The notes below the pieces were generated by a model. That model ran no database searches, was not told the origin of the DNA, and saw only the letters and a list, made by a program, of their open reading frames with translations. Source: Dictyostelium discoideum (lineage: Eukaryota). From it: a stretch of 64,000 nucleotides of DNA. Every line of letters starts with the position of its first letter. Position 1 is the stretch's first letter. A program made the position numbers and the translations under genes. Shown here one piece after another: positions 58,282-64,000 of this stretch. The stretch is from assembly GCA_000004695.1 (NCBI GenBank), contig CM000151.3, forward strand, positions 3,936,001-4,000,000, written 5' to 3'.

Positions 58282-58607
58282 TAACAATTGTAAATCTTTA
58301 ATTGTTTTATTAAAAATTATTGGAACTGAAGAAGAAGAAGAGGAAGAACAAGATGATAAAGATGATAAAGGTGGTGATGATGGTCTATTTGGAGATATAA
58401 TTGGAGAAGCTTCAAAATCAATTGAATGATCGAATTCACTAATTAATCTTGTAAAATTATTATTTTCAATTAAATTTGAAAAATCATTTAAACTATTTGT
58501 TTGTGAAATATTTAATGGTGGAATTTTCACTTTATTTAACCTAATAACTTGATTTTCTAAATTTGGTGATGATATATTATTTGGTTGTTGTTGTTGTTGA
58601 AATGATA

Positions 58608-58680
<73 letters not shown>

Positions 58681-59145
58681 ATTTAAAAGTTGTAAAGTTG
58701 TATTTGAAGATTTATTTATAATTTCATTTACTTGTTGAGTTTGTTGATTTTTGAAAAATGGATGAATAAATAATTTTGGCCATGTTATTCTTTTTTGAGG
58801 ATTTTTCTCTAAAATTTTTGAAATTAAGTCATTGAAATGTTGTTGTTGTATTAAATCATTATTATCAGATGGTAATCTAATGATTGGATCTAAATAATTG
58901 TCGTATATTATTGACTCTATTAATTTGGTTGCATCATTAGAGTAGAATGGATAATATCCAGTTATACATTTAAATAGTAATACACCAAATGACCAAATAT
59001 CTGATGAAAAACTATATGTATATCCTTTTAAAACCTCTGGTGATAAATAATAAATTGATTCATTTATATTATTATTATTATCATTATCAATATTATTATT
59101 ATATAAATTAAATATTTGTTGTCTTGATGTTATCATTATTTGTTG

Positions 59146-59214
<69 letters not shown>

Positions 59215-59919
59215 TTCAATTAAAATTGAATTATTTATTGAATTTAATTTAAATATTCCTTTTGAATCAATTAAAATATTTGATGGTTTTAAATCAGCAT
59301 ATATAATATTATTAGAGTGTAAATAGTATAAAGCATTCATTATATTTTTTGAGAATATAATTGAAGTATCAATTGATAAATATTGATCAGAATTTAAAAA
59401 TTCTTTAAATGAATATTCAAATGATATTCTTTTAACTAAATAATAAGTACTTAAATTTTCTTTAACATTTTCATCAACATAATTTATTTGATCTTGATTT
59501 TGATTTTGATGATCTGATTTTATTCTTTTAAATGATTCTTTTATTGGCATATATTTTCATTTTTTAATTTTAAATTTTTATAAATCTCGATCTATTTTAA
59601 TTATTTTTTTGTCATAAAAAAAAAATTAAAAAAAAAAAAAGTGAAAAAAAAAAAAATTAAAAAAAATAAAAAAAAAAAGGAAAATGGACTGGTTAAAAAA
59701 TTTATCTACTTTTTTTTTTTTTTGTCGAGATAAAAAAAAAAAAAAAAAATTAATATTTACCTCTTTTTTATAATTATTATCGTTTTTTGGTCTACCAATT
59801 ATTAAATAATAATTAAAAGAATTTTGTTTTCTTGCTTTTGCAACATAATTTATATTATTAATAAGATTCTCCTCTGAAATATCGAAATCTTCAACAATAT
59901 AATAATTTGAAATCTTCAT
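56986..59919 (-). CDS. ULK4/Fused-family pseudokinase with C-terminal HEAT/ARM-like repeats. The main exon is 56986..59537/59550. The 5' exon is about 59761/59796..59919, with an uncertain junction.
   Basis: The large exon has kinase subdomains VI-XI with degenerate catalytic motifs (ALYYLHSNNIIYADLKPSNILI instead of HRDLKPxN; KLNSINNS instead of DFG), then APE-like YLSPEV, then Leu-rich helical repeats to the C-terminus. The upstream exon MKISNYYIVEDFDISEENLINNINYVAKARKQNSFNYYLII aligns with the ULK4 N-lobe ([33 protein letters not shown]) and lacks the GxGxxG loop. Confidence 0.55.
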
Positions 59920-59946
59920 TTTGGCATTGTATTTTATACTATATCT

Positions 59947-59982
<36 letters not shown>

Positions 59983-60442
59983 TAATTTAATATGTATTAA
60001 ATATATTGAAAAACAAAAAAAAAAAAAATAAAAAAAATAAAAAATTTTAATGATAATATAATAATAATAAAAATATAAGGATATATATATAAATAAAAAA
60101 AACTATAATCAAACCACAAAAGAATGAGATTATAAGAAGTGTCCAAATTACAAAATAAAAAATAAAAAATAAAAAAAAAAAAAAAAAAAAATAATTCAAA
60201 AAAAAAAAAAATGGTTTTTGTGCAAAGATTTTAAAAGTGTGAAAAAAAAATAAAAAAAATAAAAATAAAAAAAAAAATAAAAAAAATAAAATTAAAAATA
60301 AAAATAAAAACACTTGTGATGATTGAACTTTAATTATCTTTGATGAACCCCCACCCAAAAACAAAATTTTAAAAATAACAAAAATGTTTTAAAAATAACA
60401 AAAAATAAAATTTTAAAAAAAATTATTTATTTATTTATTTAA

Positions 60443-61344
60443 TTATTGTGATGGTTGTGAAGATTTTTTATAAAAGAATAATGAATTTGCATTTTTAAAT
60501 TCTTTATCATGAATTAAATTTACATCAATTAAATCATCAGTCCAAGCAGCAGTGAAATCTATGGATAGTTCATTGATTAGGTTATCATAACGTTTGAAGA
60601 TGCAATCAAAGCCTTTTGGAGTTACGTTCTTTGCCTCGACACTACATCTATGTTGACCATTAATATTCGAGTAATCCAATGATTTTATACCTAACGATAT
60701 TTTTGGAATTCCGATAAACTCTTTTTCAAATTGAACTTTACGGGTATACTCTAGAGGTGATTTCTCATTTCCCAAAGTTTTATCGCCAATTGATATAGTA
60801 CCCATTTGAATCTGTGGTGAAAGTTCTTCAAACTCTTTTGTATAAAGTTCCCAACGTAATCCGATATCGTTCTTCCACTGTACTGGATGTATTGAAATTG
60901 ATCTTGCTATAATTGGTGGATCCAACGTCTGACTTACAATAGACTCATTATCAGTATTTCCTTTAAAAATTTCACCATTCTTATATTCATACCATTTCTT
61001 ATTATTTAAACTATATCTAATTATATAACTTGTTACAAATGATTCTGAATTACCTGATCCTTTTTATTTTTTAAAAAAAAAAAAAAAAATTAATAAAAAT
61101 TAATAATAAAATTATTAATAATAAGTAATAAAAATTATTTTACCTTGTAAATCCAATTTAACAAATTTCATTGGAATCATTGATGATGCAATAATAAATT
61201 GATTTCTATCACTAATTGATGGTTTCCATCCTTCACCTCCTTTACCCATACCTTTTCTATCATATTTAAAATTTAGAATACCTGATTTTATTAAATTAAA
61301 AAAAATAAAAGATTAGTTTTTAGGAAATGTTTAAAAATAAAATT

Positions 61345-61388
<44 letters not shown>

Positions 61389-61500
61389 TACTTTACCTTG
61401 TTTTACACCATGGTCTGCATCAAAATCACTTGAAGATCTTAAATTTAAGCATGCAAATGCAAAACATGGAACTAAATCTTGATTACTAAAATCTGTCATT
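60443..61500 (-). pseudogene. Discoidin-family lectin gene (N-terminal F5/8 type C discoidin domain + C-terminal H-type lectin domain) with an apparent +1 frameshift in the first coding segment. Exons: 61397..61500 (frameshifted), 61144..61281, 60443..61059.
   Basis: Exons 2-3 translate to GILNFKYDRKGM...KLDLQGSGNSESFVTSYIIRYSLNNKKWYEYKNGEIFKGNTDNESIVSQTLDPPIIARSISIHPVQWKNDIGLRWELYTKE... plus an H-type lectin tail, closely paralleling discoidin I ([23 protein letters not shown]...[27 protein letters not shown]). The 5' segment reads MTDFSNQDLVPCFAFACLNL in one frame and RSSSDFDADHGVKQ| in the +1 frame; both halves are discoidin-like. The switch occurs at TTTAAAG (61441-61447), and an in-frame TGA follows in the ATG frame. 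Confidence 0.6.
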
Positions 61501-61809
61501 TTTTTTATTGTTTTAAACTGGAAGTTATTCTATTTAAAAAAAATAAAAAAAAATAAAAAAAAACTATACGATTTATAAAGTTTATCACAAAAAATAAAAT
61601 TAATTTATTGAACTGCAAAACACACAAATGAATATAAAAAAAAATAAACAAATAAACAAAAATTAAAAAATATTGATAATTATGTGTGTGTGTTTGAATT
61701 TCAAATGGTGGAAAATGTATAAAAAATAAAATAATAATAGTAATAAAAATAAAAAAAAGTAAATTTACTAAATTGTTTTTACCCCCTTTTGGGTTGGATT
61801 ACAAATTTC

Positions 61810-61846
<37 letters not shown>

Positions 61847-62158
61847 AATTAAAAAACAAATAAAAAAACATTATTAATTATAACAAGATTTTATTTTTTT
61901 TTTTAATTTTTTATTATTTTTTTTTTTTTTTTACAATATATTATATAATATAATATAATAACAATGAGTTAAAGTGGGTACAAAATGTATGAACACACGC
62001 ACACACACACGCACACAATGTTATTTGTAACTTGATAGTGCTACAATAAATTAAATAATAATAAAAATAATAGTTAAATTGTGTAAAGATTTTTTTTTTT
62101 TTTTTTTTTTTTTTCTAACATTACATTTATTCATAATAATTATTAGTTGAACATAAGT

Positions 62159-62254
62159 TTATTGAGCTAATTTTTGGAGATGGTTGATGATTTTAGTTTT
62201 TATCCATTCTTTGTTGTATGGTGTGTAAGCGTTGATATGAGATGTGTATCTGTA

Positions 62255-62288
<34 letters not shown>

Positions 62289-62708
62289 AATTATTAATAA
62301 ATATTGATATTACTACAAATATAAAATACTATATCATATTATATTTTGAAAATCCATTGATTCTATTTAAAAAAATTCAATGAAAAAAAAAAAAAAAACT
62401 TTACACCAAACATGATAAATCGGCTAAACTATCTATAAATTTAAATAATTGAGAAATGTCATAGGTAATATTTTTCTGATTTGGACGTTCTTGTTTAAGT
62501 CTTTGTTCATACATATTACAAATACCTAAATTTTATAAAATTAAAATGAGTGAATGATTGAATCCCATTTTAAAAAAAAAAGGAAGAGAGAGTTAAAATT
62601 TATATTAAAAAAAAAAAAAAAAAAAATGAAATGTAAATAAATAAACTCACCTTCAATAGCTTGGTTTACAGATTCGTAATCCATAAAGGTACGACTTGAT
62701 TTTCCCAT
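62159..62708 (-). CDS. erh: Enhancer of rudimentary homolog (ERH). Three exons: 62651..62708, 62405..62525, 62159..62249.
   Basis: Assembled protein [89 protein letters not shown] matches ERH ([74 protein letters not shown]). Introns are phase 1 (GTGAGT) and phase 2 (GTAAAG). Confidence 0.85.
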
Positions 62709-62789
62709 GGTGGTTTGTAATAAAACGATTGTGTGAGACTAAAATTTTTAATTTGAAAATATTGAAAAGGTAAAAAAAAATATATAAAA

Positions 62790-62821
<32 letters not shown>

Positions 62822-63004
62822 TAATAAGTTAATAAAAATAAATAAAAAAATTAACTAATAATAAGTTGTTTTTAACTAAATTAGGAAATAAAACCATACC
62901 ATTTTATTTTTTTATTTTTGTTTTTTTTTTATATATTAATTCTTTTGGTAATTTAAAAATGATCAAATGAAAAAAAAAATTTTTAGAAAAATGAAAAAAT
63001 TAAA

Positions 63005-63037
<33 letters not shown>

Positions 63038-63204
63038 TAAAAATAAAAAAATGAATTTGGAACTCCAAGCATAATTTTATTTATATATTTTTTTTTTTTT
63101 AAATTTTACCCTTTCTTTGTTTTTAAATACCTTTTTTAAAAAAATGATTTTTTGTATTTTTTCAAATAAAAAATAAAAAAATTAAAAAAAAATTTATAAT
63201 TTTT

Positions 63205-63237
<33 letters not shown>

Positions 63238-63703
63238 AAATAAAATAAAGTAATAAATATAGAATTATTAATAAAAAATAAAAAAAAATTAATAATTATT
63301 AATAAAAACTTACATAAAAAAAATATTAAAAATAATAATTATAAAATTTTAAAACAATTTATAAATAAAAAGTAATTTTAATAACCAACCAAAAACATTA
63401 TTCTTTTTCTTTTTCTTTTTCTTTTTTTTTTTTTTTTAGATCCTGTTCGTTTATTTTTTTTTTTTTTTTTTTTTTTTTTCTCTTTGTTTTTAAATTTGAA
63501 TTTTTCAAAAAAAAAAAAAATAAAAAAAAAATAAAATAAAAAACCTTTTTTTTTTTTTTTTACTCTCATTACATTTATTTAATATCTTTAACATTTTTTT
63601 TTTATATATATATATATAAAACTATCTTTTAAAAAAAAATTTCTTTTTTTTTTTTTTTTTATTATAATATAGATATAAAGATCTTTTCTCAAATATTCAA
63701 AAA

Positions 63704-63878
63704 ATGAGCAATGGAGGTATTTTAGCAGCAATGCTTGGAAGTAGCAGTAATAATAGTGGAAGTGGTAGTGGAAGTAGTAGTAGCAGTAATAGTGGCTATA
63801 GAGCATCATCTTCATCACCATCATCTTCATCAAAAATTAAATTAGATTCATCATCGTCTTCATTATCTAATTCAGATT
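63704..63878 (+). CDS. First exon (Ser-rich) of a gene that continues beyond the window end; product unknown.
   Basis: ATG-initiated ORF MSNGGILAAMLGSSSNNSGSGSG...SDC followed by a strong GTAAGT donor at 63879. The rest of the gene lies outside the window. Confidence 0.3.
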
Positions 63879-63921
63879 GTAAGTATAATATATCTTAATT
63901 TTTAAATATTAATACGAGAAG

Positions 63922-63972
<51 letters not shown>

Positions 63973-64000
63973 GGGATCTAAAAAAATAATAACTAACCAA

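Overview
The window is nuclear genomic DNA from a Dictyostelium-type social amoeba, most likely Dictyostelium discoideum. It is extremely AT-rich and has long homopolymer A/T runs, (AAT)n/(CAA)n-encoded poly-N/poly-Q tracts inside ORFs, short AT-rich introns with GTAAGT/GTATGT-type donors and a (T)nAG acceptor, and gene products that match known Dictyostelium proteins (MyoK, ACG, discoidin). The locus is compact: I can support about 28 protein-coding genes on both strands, many with 1-3 small introns, separated by short AT-rich divergent promoters or convergent 3' regions. There are no rRNA, tRNA, CRISPR or operon-like features. Recognisable products include an I-BAR+SH3 protein, NDUFA13/GRIM-19, peroxin PEX4 (E2), a DHHC palmitoyltransferase, PP1 inhibitor-2, an OFA-family MFS transporter, mitochondrial processing peptidase alpha, amidophosphoribosyltransferase (purF), BORCS5/myrlysin, DEAD-box helicase DDX52/ROK1, myosin-I MyoK (GPR-rich loop, CAAX tail), vertebrate-type N-acetylglutamate synthase, VID27, dynein light chain LC8, an EMC5/MMGT-like membrane protein, the CHASE-domain adenylyl cyclase ACG, mitochondrial TrpRS, a CDGSH protein, a RING+ZZ E3, a divergent XRN-family exonuclease, a ULK4/Fused-like pseudokinase with HEAT repeats, a discoidin-family lectin, and ERH. 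The most noteworthy observations are: (1) a discoidin-like gene whose N-terminal exon carries an apparent +1 frameshift in an A-run; (2) a divergent XRN-like 5'-3' exonuclease paralog with altered active-site motifs, separated by only 44 bp from an N-rich ORF; (3) a ULK4-like pseudokinase whose exon junction cannot be resolved with canonical splice sites; (4) a tandem triplication of the 3' end of the MFS transporter gene plus nearby direct/inverted repeats; and (5) a GC-richer palindromic island and a DUSE-like motif followed by a T-run inside a 2.5-kb gene desert, which may mark small ncRNA genes. All splice junctions are from manual translation without alignment tools. Individual boundaries may be off by a few bases.
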